Positions 40,548-50,545 of a stretch of DNA of 64,000 nt are shown here, piece by piece; the first letter of the stretch is position 1, and each line of letters starts with the position of its first letter. Origin of the DNA: Escherichia phage CLB_P2; sequence record OL770107; one strand, written 5' to 3'. Below the pieces are notes generated by a model that searched no databases, was not told the origin of the DNA, and was given only the letters and a program-made list of their open reading frames with translations. The position numbers and the translations under genes were made by a program.

Positions 40548-40560
40548 GCCCTTTATTATT
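40531..40560. terminator. bidirectional terminator
   Basis: GGGCC-CGTA-GGCCC hairpin flanked by an A-run upstream and TTTATTATTTTT downstream; serves the plus small ORF and the minus Hoc-like gene. Confidence 0.6.
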
Positions 40561-41422
40561 TTTCAGGAGGGACGTAAACTAAGTCTTTCCTTTCTAAGAT
40601 GTAGCCATTTCTCGACTCTTGTATCTCTACTTCAGGATACTTAGACAAAAGGTCGGCTACTTTTTGTAACTCACATTTATACTTGTATGGGCTGTTGTTT
40701 ATATCCAAAGTCCAATCTTCTCCCAATCTAACGGCTTCTCTTATTTCGTCCCATACCCACCAACCTATCCACATATACGATTCATTTCTTCCACCGCCAT
40801 ATGGTAAATAAGCATTAAGGTCGTTATCATATATGAAAGGGCACTGCAATACATCATCCCTAGGTTTTATTTCAACTAAAAGTTCTTCAGAAGCAGGGAT
40901 ATATGCTCCTTCGCAGGTCGCTATAGATTTTAATGTATAATCTCCAAATTTATCAGGGTCGTCTATTAATATATCAATATCTTCGTCTTTAGATAATTCT
41001 ACTCCATCTCTATACCATCTACAAATTCTTTCGGCATAAGTGGGTTCCACTCTACACGACGGGCGAAGTGAAACTGTTTCTCCTATATTGGCATATATTA
41101 ATTCCCTAGAGTTTATATCTAGGACTATTCTTCTTGGAAGGGTACCTATTTCAAGTTCTATTTCGTTACTCTTTGTTATTTCACCACTTTTCTTATTTGT
41201 TATGGTCGCATAAAATGTTCCTGCCGCCGGGAATCCTACTTCCCATAAATTTAATTCAAAAGGGTCTTCGGTAGGAAGTTGTGGAATATGGACATCGTTT
41301 TTATACCAATTAATTTCTACATCATCTAGAGTAGAACCGGGTGGTAATACAAACCCGGTATAAAAGGTTACTGTCCTGCCAACCAATTCATATCTAGGAC
41401 CATTTATTTTAAGTACAATCAT
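40556..41422 (-). CDS. second Hoc-like protein: two Ig-like domains plus a Hoc-type capsid-binding C-terminus (288 aa)
   Basis: C-terminus (NESYMWIGWWVWDEIREAVRLGEDWTLD...KYPEVEIQESRNGYILE) parallels the Hoc C-terminal domain; N-terminal region has Ig-like W.Y and Y.C patterns; SD AGGAGG couples it to the upstream collagen-like gene. Confidence 0.75.
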   Translation of the reverse strand: MIVLKINGPRYELVGRTVTFYTGFVLPPGSTLDDVEINWYKNDVHIPQLPTEDPFELNLWEVGFPAAGTFYATITNKKSGEITKSNEIELEIGTLPRRIVLDINSRELIYANIGETVSLRPSCRVEPTYAERICRWYRDGVELSKDEDIDILIDDPDKFGDYTLKSIATCEGAYIPASEELLVEIKPRDDVLQCPFIYDNDLNAYLPYGGGRNESYMWIGWWVWDEIREAVRLGEDWTLDINNSPYKYKCELQKVADLLSKYPEVEIQESRNGYILERKDLVYVPPEK

Positions 41423-41431
41423 TTAACCTCC

Positions 41432-42937
41432 TTAAAACGTGCTCATATTGGTATGGTCTTCGACAGAAAATAAAACTTCAACAGGGATATCTGTAGTCGT
41501 ATTAAGAGGGCCGCCTACAATAAACACAGATACAGTGTAGTATTTTCTAGTATCACGGTCAAATATTTCGTAACGGTTAAATTGTCTTGCACTAGAATAA
41601 GCCAAATCGTCGAATAATTCAGGAGATGATGACCACAACACATTACTCCAGTTGGCACATTCTATTCCGTTTTCATAGTTGGTAAATCTTTTAATATCAA
41701 GCCTATTAGTAAGACCTGCATTAGTAGCCCTTATATGGATGCCTACAGATGAGTACATGCGAACATGAAGAACCATATTAAGGTCCCACAAACGTATTTC
41801 CTTCCACTCTGAAGTGTTCAGAGGCTTATCAAATCTTAAAGAGCCTTTCCAATATCTAGGTGGATAGAATGGGAAAAGTTTATCATATAAAGATTTTAAT
41901 TGAGACTGGGTTAAAGAATCGACATCAAATACTGCATCTTTGCCTGGCGCACCTGCAGGACCTATAGGACCTTGAATACCTTGAGGACCTTGATCGCCTT
42001 TTTCACCTTTAGGTCCTGGATTACCTTGTGGACCCTGCGGCCCTTGAGCACCGGGCGCGCCATCTTCTCCTGGATATCCAGGTCTTCCTTCTTGTACAAA
42101 CAAATGCCAATAATCAACCCATAGGTCTCCACGGCCTGGATAACTATCATTATTTGCTATATTGTCCTGAATACAAATCCAAGAAGACCCTTCGCACTGG
42201 ACTAAATCATTTACATAATAAGGTGTGCCAGGGTCCCAGTTTCCGGCCCAGATAAACCCATTACCATCTTGGCCTGGCGCGCCTTGTGGACCTTGAGGGC
42301 CGGTTGGGCCTGTTGGTCCTTGAGGACCTGGTGCACCGATATTAGCCAATAGCGCCCAAACTCCTTCGCTAGGAGGTATTGTTCCTGTATTAGAACTGAT
42401 GCAAAAATAAGAAGCTCCCTGGTATCCAACTGCATCGTCTTTAGAGTATTGGGTAGATTCATCCCAGGCTCCCTTCCACACCAAACCTGCCGGGCCTATA
42501 GGACCTTGTGGTCCTTGCGGTCCTACTTCTCCTTGGGCCCCTTGTAAACCCTGAGGGCCTTCTTTTCCTGGTGAACCCGGGTCTCCTTTAGGACCTTCTG
42601 GACCTGCTGGTCCTGGTTCGCCCTTTTCTCCTTTAGGACCCGGGTTACCTTGAATACCTTGCGGCCCTGGGTCTCCTTTAGGGCCTTGTGGACCTTCAGT
42701 ACCAGGTGTTAGCATCTCATTAGTTATACCTAAATGGGCCAACGCGCCTTCCCTAGAAGCTTGTTTTATAAATTCAAGTCCATAACTTTGAGAAGAATCC
42801 AACATAGTAGGGTCTAAGGTGCTTTCACTAGTGAGTATGTCTGCAAATTCCAATGATTTATCCTGCGGAACTTCTACTAATGATACGCCTCTAAAGTGAC
42901 CTCTACCGTCATGCCCGTATAATGGATTGTCTGACAT
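41432..42937 (-). CDS. collagen-like triple-helix repeat protein with two carbohydrate-binding-like (CBM5/12-type) modules (501 aa)
   Basis: Three Gly-X-Y runs of about 24, 8 and 17 triplets, separated by W.G.WD...Y...D.V...G.S(Y/W).CI modules; SD CAGGAG before the ATG; first gene of a two-gene minus-strand operon. Confidence 0.8.
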   Translation of the reverse strand: MSDNPLYGHDGRGHFRGVSLVEVPQDKSLEFADILTSESTLDPTMLDSSQSYGLEFIKQASREGALAHLGITNEMLTPGTEGPQGPKGDPGPQGIQGNPGPKGEKGEPGPAGPEGPKGDPGSPGKEGPQGLQGAQGEVGPQGPQGPIGPAGLVWKGAWDESTQYSKDDAVGYQGASYFCISSNTGTIPPSEGVWALLANIGAPGPQGPTGPTGPQGPQGAPGQDGNGFIWAGNWDPGTPYYVNDLVQCEGSSWICIQDNIANNDSYPGRGDLWVDYWHLFVQEGRPGYPGEDGAPGAQGPQGPQGNPGPKGEKGDQGPQGIQGPIGPAGAPGKDAVFDVDSLTQSQLKSLYDKLFPFYPPRYWKGSLRFDKPLNTSEWKEIRLWDLNMVLHVRMYSSVGIHIRATNAGLTNRLDIKRFTNYENGIECANWSNVLWSSSPELFDDLAYSSARQFNRYEIFDRDTRKYYTVSVFIVGGPLNTTTDIPVEVLFSVEDHTNMSTF

Positions 42938-42947
42938 AAAATCTCCT

Positions 42948-42977
42948 GTTTACAAGTTAAAATTCTCATGTTACTAT
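42948..42977 (+). promoter_or_regulatory. early-type promoter
   Basis: GTTTAC 42948-42953, TACTAT 42972-42977, 18-nt spacer. Confidence 0.4.
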
Positions 42978-43006
42978 TGAATAGTTCAAATCACAAGAGA
43001 ACTGTT

Positions 43007-43219
43007 ATGGATAAGATTAAAGTACATTTTTTACATGAATCGGGTATGAATTTTATTGATATTGCTAAAAAGATTGGCGGAACTGCCAGAGATATGGCTA
43101 AAGCTTGGGCCGAAGTTGAGAATGCTAAGGCCAAGTTTAAAGCAAGAGAGAAAGTCGTATATCGTAAAAGATTAAACAACAAAAAAGTCAGCGCAAAGCG
43201 CGTTTTTGGTCTAAAGTAA
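43007..43219 (+). CDS. hypothetical small basic protein (70 aa)
   Basis: ATG at 43007 downstream of the promoter -10; the track ORF start at 42968 lies within the promoter. Confidence 0.45.
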   Translation: MDKIKVHFLHESGMNFIDIAKKIGGTARDMAKAWAEVENAKAKFKAREKVVYRKRLNNKKVSAKRVFGLK

Positions 43220-43333
43220 TATGCTTTAAATTTAGGTGTGTTATAATGGGTCTAGGTCCTTCCGTTAAACCATTTGGCTTGGTGACAGAAGATTACTAGC
43301 TCTTCTATTTAATTATATTTATTATGGTGATTT

Positions 43334-44341
43334 ATGTTCAAGAAATATAGCAGTCTGGAAAACCACTACAACAGTAAGTTTATCGAAAAACTCCGTACCA
43401 ATGGTTTGACTGGTGGTGAATGGGTAGCACGTGAGAAGATTCACGGAACCAACTTTAGTTTAATCATAGAACGTGACGCAGTCACATGCGCCAAGCGCAC
43501 TGGCCCAATTCTCCCTGCCGAAGATTTCTATGGCTATGAAATTGTACTTAAGAACTATGCTGATTCTATTAAATCTGTTCAACATCTAATCGAATCCATT
43601 AATTATCAGTCATATCAAATTTATGGCGAGTTCGCTGGTACAGGTATCCAGAAGAATGTGGATTATGGCGATAAAGACTTTTATGTATTTGATATCCGTG
43701 TTACTAAAGAAGATGGTACCGAATCCGTTTTAACTGATACCCTTATGGAAGCTTTCTGTATTATTCATAAGTTTAAGGTTGCTCCGTGCTTAGCCACAGG
43801 TAGCTTTGAAGACCTTATTAAACTGCCGAATGATTTTGATTCTGTTATCCCAGATTACAATTTTGCAGTGGATAACGCAGGTTTAACCATTGCTAACTCA
43901 ACCGATTTTATTCCTAAGGTCGAAGGTAAAGTATTTACGGCTGAAGGCTTTGTACTGAAACCTGATGTTCCTATCTGGCTGCCTAATGGAAATCGTGTAG
44001 CAATTAAATGCAAGAACTCTAAATTCAGCGAGAAGAAAAAGTCTGATAAGCCTATTAAGGCCGCAGTAATATTGTCCCAAGACGATATGGACTTGATGTG
44101 GCAATTCACCGATTATGTGACTGTTAACCGTATTAACAACGTTATCAGTAAGATTGGTGAAGTATCACCTAAAGATTTTGGAAAGGTAATGGGACTGACG
44201 GTCCAAGATATTTTGGAAGAGGCAGCCCGCGAAGAATTAGAATTAACCGATGCAGAAAACCCTGTTGAAGTTAAAAAGCAGCTTATCGAGTGCGTTAAAG
44301 ATACGCTACGAGCTGTGTGGATTGAATTAGTATCCAAATAA
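43334..44341 (+). CDS. rnlB: RNA ligase 2 (335 aa)
   Basis: Near-identical N-terminus to remembered T4 Rnl2 ([20 protein letters not shown]...[32 protein letters not shown]). Confidence 0.95.
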   Translation: MFKKYSSLENHYNSKFIEKLRTNGLTGGEWVAREKIHGTNFSLIIERDAVTCAKRTGPILPAEDFYGYEIVLKNYADSIKSVQHLIESINYQSYQIYGEFAGTGIQKNVDYGDKDFYVFDIRVTKEDGTESVLTDTLMEAFCIIHKFKVAPCLATGSFEDLIKLPNDFDSVIPDYNFAVDNAGLTIANSTDFIPKVEGKVFTAEGFVLKPDVPIWLPNGNRVAIKCKNSKFSEKKKSDKPIKAAVILSQDDMDLMWQFTDYVTVNRINNVISKIGEVSPKDFGKVMGLTVQDILEEAAREELELTDAENPVEVKKQLIECVKDTLRAVWIELVSK

Positions 44342-44376
44342 ACAATAAAGGGACCTTACGGTCCCTTTTATTTTTC
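44341..44376. terminator. bidirectional terminator (rnlB on plus, gene-24 paralog on minus)
   Basis: GGGACC-TTAC-GGTCCC hairpin flanked by AACAATAAA and TTTTATTTTTC. Confidence 0.65.
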
Positions 44377-45648
44377 TAGTGGTGGAAGTTTAACACCGAG
44401 ATAAGAACTCAACTGACTTTGATTAGCCATTTTGTCCATATCCGAACCATCAATAATGCGAGCTTCTTTATCGTCCTTAGCGACGGTATAAGGGTTTGCA
44501 GTCAATGCATAACGAGCAAGCAATGCTACTGTAGGTTGTAAGCTTTCCGGGTCAACAATAACCTTAAATTCACCTACTGAAGTATCACCTTCTTCATCAA
44601 CCACATCCAAACCTTCCGTATAAGGCGCATAATATAAAGATGCGACCGTCTGTCCTTCACCCATCTGAGCATTTACACCAACAATAACATAATCACATGG
44701 ACTATTCATATCGGCATAAAGAGGTAGACCATTCTTTAATACACCATAAGCCAATTCATCTTGGTCTTCCTTTTTCTCAACCCAACCGGAAGCGGCGAGA
44801 ATAGCAGCACAACGAGAACTAGCTACTGCATAAGTCCCAGCGAAAGAAGTTTGACGTTGGACGGCAGAGTTCATCTCACACATGTAATAATATAATGTAC
44901 GAGCACGGTCCTGGGCATTATCATAACGTGGGTTAGTAAGGTCCAATACGCCCTTTTCAGAAACACCTTGGACTTTAAAACGAGAACTCACCGTAATTAA
45001 TGACTGTAATACGTCCTTATTAATTTCTTCTGCCATTTGAATGCCTAGCAGATTTTCAATGAAATTAGGAGCATTAAATCCGTTTGATTCTAGGTCTTGG
45101 GCCAATTCGACTGTCAACGAAGTTTTCAGTTTACGTGATTTAACTTCAGATTGCCATTTGTCAATACGGAAGCCTGCTTCAGCAATTTCAGGATGGCCTT
45201 GTTCGAATTTAGAAGTAATAGCAGCATCTGATACCATACGAATATGTCCGGCCGCCACTGCTTCAGAAATAACTTCACCGAGGTCGGTTTCCGTGGTTCC
45301 GGCGAAAGGAGATGCTTCTAGAACTTTAAACACTACACTTTCAAACTGGAACATATCGCCGGCTGCATAAGCTGTAGACGAATCGGTAAATTCAGGAATA
45401 TTTTCACGTTCCGACATACCAATCTGACCTGCAAATGTGGCGCCACCAAGATAAGTCATTTTGTCGTCAGGATTAAGTACACGAACCCCGTACAGAGCGG
45501 CCACAGGTTGGCTTGTTTTTTGTTCAGCAACTAGGGCTTTAAAGATTCGTTTATTAGTTGCTTGGGTGTATGAAAGAAGAGCAGGACGGCCAACCGAGTT
45601 GGCAGCCGTCAATGTGGATTCTTTAATTAGGTCTATAATCTTAGACAT
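44368..45648 (-). CDS. gp24-like capsid vertex protein paralog (426 aa)
   Basis: Collinear similarity to the adjacent gp24 along the whole length (about half the residues shared at both termini, e.g. SLQPTVALLARYALTANPYTVAKDDKEARIIDG). Confidence 0.85.
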   Translation of the reverse strand: MSKIIDLIKESTLTAANSVGRPALLSYTQATNKRIFKALVAEQKTSQPVAALYGVRVLNPDDKMTYLGGATFAGQIGMSERENIPEFTDSSTAYAAGDMFQFESVVFKVLEASPFAGTTETDLGEVISEAVAAGHIRMVSDAAITSKFEQGHPEIAEAGFRIDKWQSEVKSRKLKTSLTVELAQDLESNGFNAPNFIENLLGIQMAEEINKDVLQSLITVSSRFKVQGVSEKGVLDLTNPRYDNAQDRARTLYYYMCEMNSAVQRQTSFAGTYAVASSRCAAILAASGWVEKKEDQDELAYGVLKNGLPLYADMNSPCDYVIVGVNAQMGEGQTVASLYYAPYTEGLDVVDEEGDTSVGEFKVIVDPESLQPTVALLARYALTANPYTVAKDDKEARIIDGSDMDKMANQSQLSSYLGVKLPPLEK

Positions 45649-46931
45649 TAATCAGCCTCGTAAATAATTGCTGGAAGTTTAACACCAAGCAGATAGGACA
45701 TATTACTCTGACCGGCCATTAAATCCATATTGGTTGCATCGATAACACGAGCTTCTTTATCGTCTTTAGCTACGGTGTACGGGTTAGCGGACAGTGCATA
45801 ACGAACCATCAGAGAAATAGAAGGCTGTAATGAATCCGGGTCGACAATAACCTTATAAGCACCAACGTGTTCTTGGTCGTCTAAATCCAGGCCTTCTGTA
45901 TATGGGGCGTAGAAAATAGAACCGACAACTTCATTACCACCATAGTTCTCTTTAACACCTACGATAACATAATCCAATGGGCTGTTAACGTCGCAGAACA
46001 GAGGTAATCCATTCAACAAATAACCATAGGCCGTTTCTGGGAGCCAATTATTATCTTCAGGTCTATGTTTTAACCAGCCAGAACCTGCAAGCATTGCAGC
46101 CACACGACTTGAAGCCACAACAAACGTACCTGAATAAGAAGTAGTTTTCTGGATTTCAGAATTCATCTCACAAACAATTTCATAAAGTTTACGTGCAGAT
46201 TCTGGAGCACTATCATAAGTCAAATCGATGATGCCATTATCAGATACACCCGTAACTTTATAGCGTTTGGATACGGTTATTAGAGATTGCAGAACATCTT
46301 TATTAATTTCATCTGCCATTACCGTAGCCAGGAGGTCTTCTAAGAATGCAGGGGCGTCGAAGCCATTTGATTCCATATCCTGTGCTAATTCTACGGTCAA
46401 AGCAGTCTTCAATTTACGGGTCTTAACAGGGGCATTCCATTTATTAACCTGGAATACAGCATCAGAGATTTCTACATCACTCTCTTCAAATTTAGTGGTA
46501 TGGGCTGCATCAGGAACCAAACGACACGTTAATGACACCAAACCTTCTTGAAGAGCATCGGCCAATTCTGTAGCGCTAGTGGATGCGAGTGGGCTTGCTT
46601 GAAGAGCCTTATAAACCACATTCTGATACTTAAAGTAGTCACCCTTGGCAATCGCCTGGGCTTTATCTGTGAGTTCCGGGATAGTTTCACGGTCTTTAGA
46701 ACCAACTTCACCACCATAAACTGCACCGGTTTGGAAACTGAATTCATTATCAGGGGTAAGATATTTGACACCATACAACGCAGCGATAGGTTGGTTTGTA
46801 CGTTGTTCAGCGATGATATCGCGATAAATTAGTTTAGTGGTAGCACGGGTCAAAGCAACAAGATTAGGGCGACCCAATGAGTTGCTGGTAGTAGTTGTTG
46901 ACTCGCGCAGTAATTCGTTAATCTTTGCCAT
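45648..46931 (-). CDS. 24: capsid vertex protein gp24 (427 aa)
   Basis: N-terminus MAKINELLRESTTT.SNS.GRPNLVALTRATTKLIY and C-terminal region match remembered T4 gp24; same length. Confidence 0.92.
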   Translation of the reverse strand: MAKINELLRESTTTTSNSLGRPNLVALTRATTKLIYRDIIAEQRTNQPIAALYGVKYLTPDNEFSFQTGAVYGGEVGSKDRETIPELTDKAQAIAKGDYFKYQNVVYKALQASPLASTSATELADALQEGLVSLTCRLVPDAAHTTKFEESDVEISDAVFQVNKWNAPVKTRKLKTALTVELAQDMESNGFDAPAFLEDLLATVMADEINKDVLQSLITVSKRYKVTGVSDNGIIDLTYDSAPESARKLYEIVCEMNSEIQKTTSYSGTFVVASSRVAAMLAGSGWLKHRPEDNNWLPETAYGYLLNGLPLFCDVNSPLDYVIVGVKENYGGNEVVGSIFYAPYTEGLDLDDQEHVGAYKVIVDPDSLQPSISLMVRYALSANPYTVAKDDKEARVIDATNMDLMAGQSNMSYLLGVKLPAIIYEAD

Positions 46932-46959
46932 TGCGCTTTCCTTATTGAGGGTATATGTT

Positions 46960-46967
46960 TATTTATA
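46960..46967 (-). promoter_or_regulatory. late promoter TATAAATA for gene 24
   Basis: Plus-strand TATTTATA about 30 nt upstream of the gene 24 ATG on the minus strand. Confidence 0.5.
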
Positions 46968-47007
46968 AAAGTTGTTTACAGCAAGGTTCCCACGTGTTAC
47001 TATAGTA

Positions 47008-47038
47008 CAGAAACAAGAATGGGAGACCGAAGTCTCCC
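47008..47038 (-). terminator. terminator after gene 23
   Basis: GGGAGAC-CGAA-GTCTCCC hairpin followed on the minus strand by ATTCTTGTTTCT. Confidence 0.6.
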
Positions 47039-47054
47039 ATAATAAGGTTAGGTC

Positions 47055-48614
47055 TTAGATACCTTTAACATAAACGCGACGGAAGTAACCATTCAGACCG
47101 AGGCTGTTAACGATGTCCGGCATACCATTCTGAATACGTTTGGTAGGTGCCTGAGCAGCTGGGTCAGCGAACGGGTTAATACCGATACCGTAACGAGTTT
47201 TGAAGCCCATTACCGGCTGGAAGTTCTTCGGATCGGAACCGCGCAGTGGGGTCAGTGCAACGTAAGGGGCGTAGTAGATACCTGCGTCCATTTCGTTGGA
47301 ACCTTTATAACCGATGGTGAAGTAATCAGCACGGGCATACTGGTCGATGTAAACGCGATATTTACCACCAAGAACACCGGCAAATACTGCTTTAGTGGTG
47401 TCAACGTTGAAACCTTGACCCAGACCTTGAGCTGCATAACTTACAGAAGTATCAACTGCAGCCAGTACGTTAACTACGTTACGGGAAGCGATGATGAAGT
47501 TACCAGCACCACGACCGGTCTGACGAGCGATTTCGGCTGCTTCTTTATCAATCTGGAACAGAAGGGCTTTAAAGCTCTCACCGGCCCAACGAGCACCACG
47601 GATATCGATCGGGTCCTGGAAGTCAAACACACCAGCTTTAGCGCCAACGGTGTTGGTCATACCAGATTTACCAACCTGTGCAGAGTAGTTAATCCAATCA
47701 ATAACTTCACGGTTGATTTCGAGCATAATTTCGGTAGCAAGGATACCGGACAGTTCAGCATCTGCATCCATACCGTGTACTGCACGAAGGTCCTGTGCCA
47801 GTTCGATGGAGTAGCTTGCTTTCAGCTGACGGGATTTAGCTTCGATAACTTGTTTATCGATACGGAAGCCCATTTCGTTCCACGGGTTGTCCTGAGAACC
47901 GTTAAAGCCTTCCTGAAGTTCAGCGATAGAAGTAGCCATACCTTCAGCCAATTCAGCCAGCTGACCAGCTTCCAACAGAGCGGTTACGGCAACATCCAGT
48001 TTAGCAGCATCGGTAGCAGCAGCATCAACGGTTACGGCTTCAACAGCCTGGAAGTGTGCAGAACCGGTAGCTTCGAAGAAGTGAGAATAAATTTTACCAA
48101 CTTCCAGAACTTTACCTGCAGCCAGTGCTTCAAAAGTCTGAGCAGCACCCTGACCAGAGAACATAGCATTCGGAGCATACATCGGGTGGAAAGCTTCTTT
48201 AGCGCCAGCAGCGATAGGGTCTTTACCGTATACTGCGCGCAGTGCAAATACCTGGCCGGTAGGGTTATTCAGAGGCTGAACACCACAAATATCAAAAGCA
48301 ATCAGATGAGGAATAGCACGACGAACCATACCCATTACTGCCGGCCCAATCTGAGTTACAGCACCAGAGGTCTGGCCAGCTGCGATATTGGTAGCATCAT
48401 AACCGTGGTCACCACCGATTTCAGCTTCAGTCAGGAAAGAACCAAATGCTTCGGAGATTTTTTCGTCACGATATTCAGGAGCGGTCAGAATATCTTGTTC
48501 CTGGTTTTCAAAGATTTTAGCGATGATAGCTTGTTTAGAAGCACCAACGATTTCAGGAAGAGCTTCGTTTTCCAGCAGAGCGGACCATTTTTGTACTAAT
48601 GCATTCTTTTTCAT
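47055..48614 (-). CDS. 23: major capsid protein gp23 (519 aa)
   Basis: Extensive match to remembered T4 gp23 (AIIAKIFENQE, GGDHGY.ATNIAAGQTSGAVTQIGPAVMGMVRRAIP.LIAFDICGVQP, FRRVYVKGI). Confidence 0.97.
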   Translation of the reverse strand: MKKNALVQKWSALLENEALPEIVGASKQAIIAKIFENQEQDILTAPEYRDEKISEAFGSFLTEAEIGGDHGYDATNIAAGQTSGAVTQIGPAVMGMVRRAIPHLIAFDICGVQPLNNPTGQVFALRAVYGKDPIAAGAKEAFHPMYAPNAMFSGQGAAQTFEALAAGKVLEVGKIYSHFFEATGSAHFQAVEAVTVDAAATDAAKLDVAVTALLEAGQLAELAEGMATSIAELQEGFNGSQDNPWNEMGFRIDKQVIEAKSRQLKASYSIELAQDLRAVHGMDADAELSGILATEIMLEINREVIDWINYSAQVGKSGMTNTVGAKAGVFDFQDPIDIRGARWAGESFKALLFQIDKEAAEIARQTGRGAGNFIIASRNVVNVLAAVDTSVSYAAQGLGQGFNVDTTKAVFAGVLGGKYRVYIDQYARADYFTIGYKGSNEMDAGIYYAPYVALTPLRGSDPKNFQPVMGFKTRYGIGINPFADPAAQAPTKRIQNGMPDIVNSLGLNGYFRRVYVKGI

Positions 48615-48635
48615 GTGTTGTATAACCTTATTAAA

Positions 48636-49451
48636 TTAAGAAATTCGAGATGCTGCGATTGCAGACAGGTCCGCGAAGGACAGGGTAGGCTTAGCGCCTT
48701 TTTCTTCAACTGCTTCCGAAATGTAATTCAGTGCTGCAGCATCGTCTTCAGTTTTATTTATAGCGGCTTCGGTGATTGGGTTTTCAACGTCAGTCTGACC
48801 TTTAACCATTTCAACGATAGCGCCAATTTTTTTACCAAATGCATCGGAATAATCCATGCCTTCTACCAGAGAACTAACTTTTTCTTTCTGAGATTCAGTC
48901 AGGTCTTTGGTTGCTTCCATAACAGCTTGTTCACGCTGTACGTAATTAATATATGCGTCACGCTTGCCAACTTCTTCGAACAAACGAGCGGTTTCAGCTT
49001 TCTGTTCAGCCAATTCTTCTTCCATTTCAGCGACAACGTCTACTGCTTCTTCTGGAACAACCACGTTATGTTCAACAAACAGTTCTTTCATACCCATCAA
49101 CATGGATTCGAACAGTTCGGCTTTAATACCTTTATCAACAGCCAGCTGGTTTTCAGCCATCCATTCTTTAGCGACGTGGTCAAGGAAACGTCCGGCAGCT
49201 TCTTGGATTTTCTTATCAGCTTTTTCTTCAGCTTCTTCTTTATTTTTCTCAACTTCTTCTTCCGCTTTTTCAGCGATTTTAGCGATATGAGATTCAGCCA
49301 GTTTAACGGCGTGTTGCTTGACGGTAGCTTCGAATACAGTGCCGAAAGTTTCTTTTGCTTCCGGAGAAATATTAACTGATTCGAAAATACTGTCAAGAGC
49401 AACGGAAGCATCAATATTCTGTGCTTCGGCGATCAGTTGTTCTTTAAGCAT
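48636..49451 (-). CDS. 22: prohead core scaffold protein gp22 (271 aa)
   Basis: Acidic helical protein of T4 gp22 size, immediately upstream of gene 23. Confidence 0.88.
   Translation of the reverse strand: MLKEQLIAEAQNIDASVALDSIFESVNISPEAKETFGTVFEATVKQHAVKLAESHIAKIAEKAEEEVEKNKEEAEEKADKKIQEAAGRFLDHVAKEWMAENQLAVDKGIKAELFESMLMGMKELFVEHNVVVPEEAVDVVAEMEEELAEQKAETARLFEEVGKRDAYINYVQREQAVMEATKDLTESQKEKVSSLVEGMDYSDAFGKKIGAIVEMVKGQTDVENPITEAAINKTEDDAAALNYISEAVEEKGAKPTLSFADLSAIAASRIS
48755..48762 (-). promoter_or_regulatory. candidate late promoter TATAAATA inside the end of gene 22 (for gene 23)
   Basis: Plus-strand TATTTATA about 140 nt upstream of the gene 23 ATG; single motif match. Confidence 0.3.
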
Positions 49452-49481
49452 TTTGTAGTCCTGTTGTTTAGATAATAATAT

Positions 49482-50117
49482 TTATAACGCTTTTTTCATG
49501 GCCTCTGCGAGAGCCATAAAGGCGTCATCGGCACTGGTATCGGTATCTACCGTTTGTGATTCTGTAATTTGTTTAGGAGTTACATAAGCATCAGGAGCAG
49601 ATGGACCCCATACTGCATCAACACCGACGGTTAATTTATAACCTTCGTTTACACGCTTATATCCTTTATTGGTTTCAGTTAAAGAACCTAGACCACGAGA
49701 ACTAACACCAGGCACCCAACCGGCTCTAATATTAGCAGCTAGTTTATCACCAGGACCATGGTCGCCTTCAATAATACGAGCACGTCCATAAACGTCATTA
49801 CCTTTCCACCACATATCTTCAATAATAATAGCGGCTTGCATAGGGTCGACGTTAGCACGAGGCGGATGATTTAATTCTCCTAAAGCTTGTTTAGTAGCAA
49901 CCTGTTCTGCCATATAATCAGCAACAGCTTTTTCCAAAATAGGTTTTGGATAAAGGCGTTTATTACGGTTAACCACTTCGGCTTGCATGAATATGCCTTC
50001 TATATAAAGGCCCGGGGCAAGTCCAGAATCTTTTCCATCATGAGATTCCAACATCGGAACCCCATCGATAATTTCACCTGGTTGTCCCCAATGTTCGATG
50101 AGCAATTCAGGTTTCAT
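49482..50117 (-). CDS. 21: prohead protease gp21 (211 aa)
   Basis: LLIE.WG.PGEIIDGVPML N-terminus and size match T4 gp21. Confidence 0.9.
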   Translation of the reverse strand: MKPELLIEHWGQPGEIIDGVPMLESHDGKDSGLAPGLYIEGIFMQAEVVNRNKRLYPKPILEKAVADYMAEQVATKQALGELNHPPRANVDPMQAAIIIEDMWWKGNDVYGRARIIEGDHGPGDKLAANIRAGWVPGVSSRGLGSLTETNKGYKRVNEGYKLTVGVDAVWGPSAPDAYVTPKQITESQTVDTDTSADDAFMALAEAMKKAL

Positions 50118-50545
50118 TAGTTAAGTCCAAAGGCTTTACGTTTAGAACGAGCTTTCTTACGCTTACGTTCAGCACGTACTTGAGTAGACGGGTTAGCACG
50201 TTTGGTTTTAGACGCTTTGCGAGCAATCTGACGGCGTTTTGCTTTAGACAACCCAGTCGTTTGATAAGCGTTGCGTTGACGGGTTTTAATATCTTTAGTA
50301 CGAGTAAGCTCACCTTTAGAAGAGACGTGCTTAACGATAAATTCGTTAAGAGCCATATTTTCATTCAAAGAGGCAATGGCGATAGCTGTATCGATATCAC
50401 CATCAGCAATCATGTTCTCTACAAGATTATTTATATCGCTTTTCTCGAGGGCTTCAGAAAGAGTAGCAAAACGTCCCTGTGCTTCTGGAATTTTGGCCTC
50501 TACGCTTTCTAGAGTTAATTCGTAATCATCAGGGATAAGGAACAT
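50117..50545 (-). CDS. 68: prohead core protein gp68 (142 aa)
   Basis: Size and position between 67 and 21 as in T4. Confidence 0.75.
   Translation of the reverse strand: MFLIPDDYELTLESVEAKIPEAQGRFATLSEALEKSDINNLVENMIADGDIDTAIAIASLNENMALNEFIVKHVSSKGELTRTKDIKTRQRNAYQTTGLSKAKRRQIARKASKTKRANPSTQVRAERKRKKARSKRKAFGLN

Noticed and set aside
47415-48599. 394-aa plus-strand ORF
   Set aside because: Lies entirely antisense to gene 23, whose product matches T4 gp23 almost throughout; Ser/Thr/Phe-rich low-complexity translation typical of a shadow ORF.
48615-49379. 254-aa plus-strand ORF (also 48964..49290)
   Set aside because: Antisense within gene 22; Phe/Ser-rich low-complexity product.
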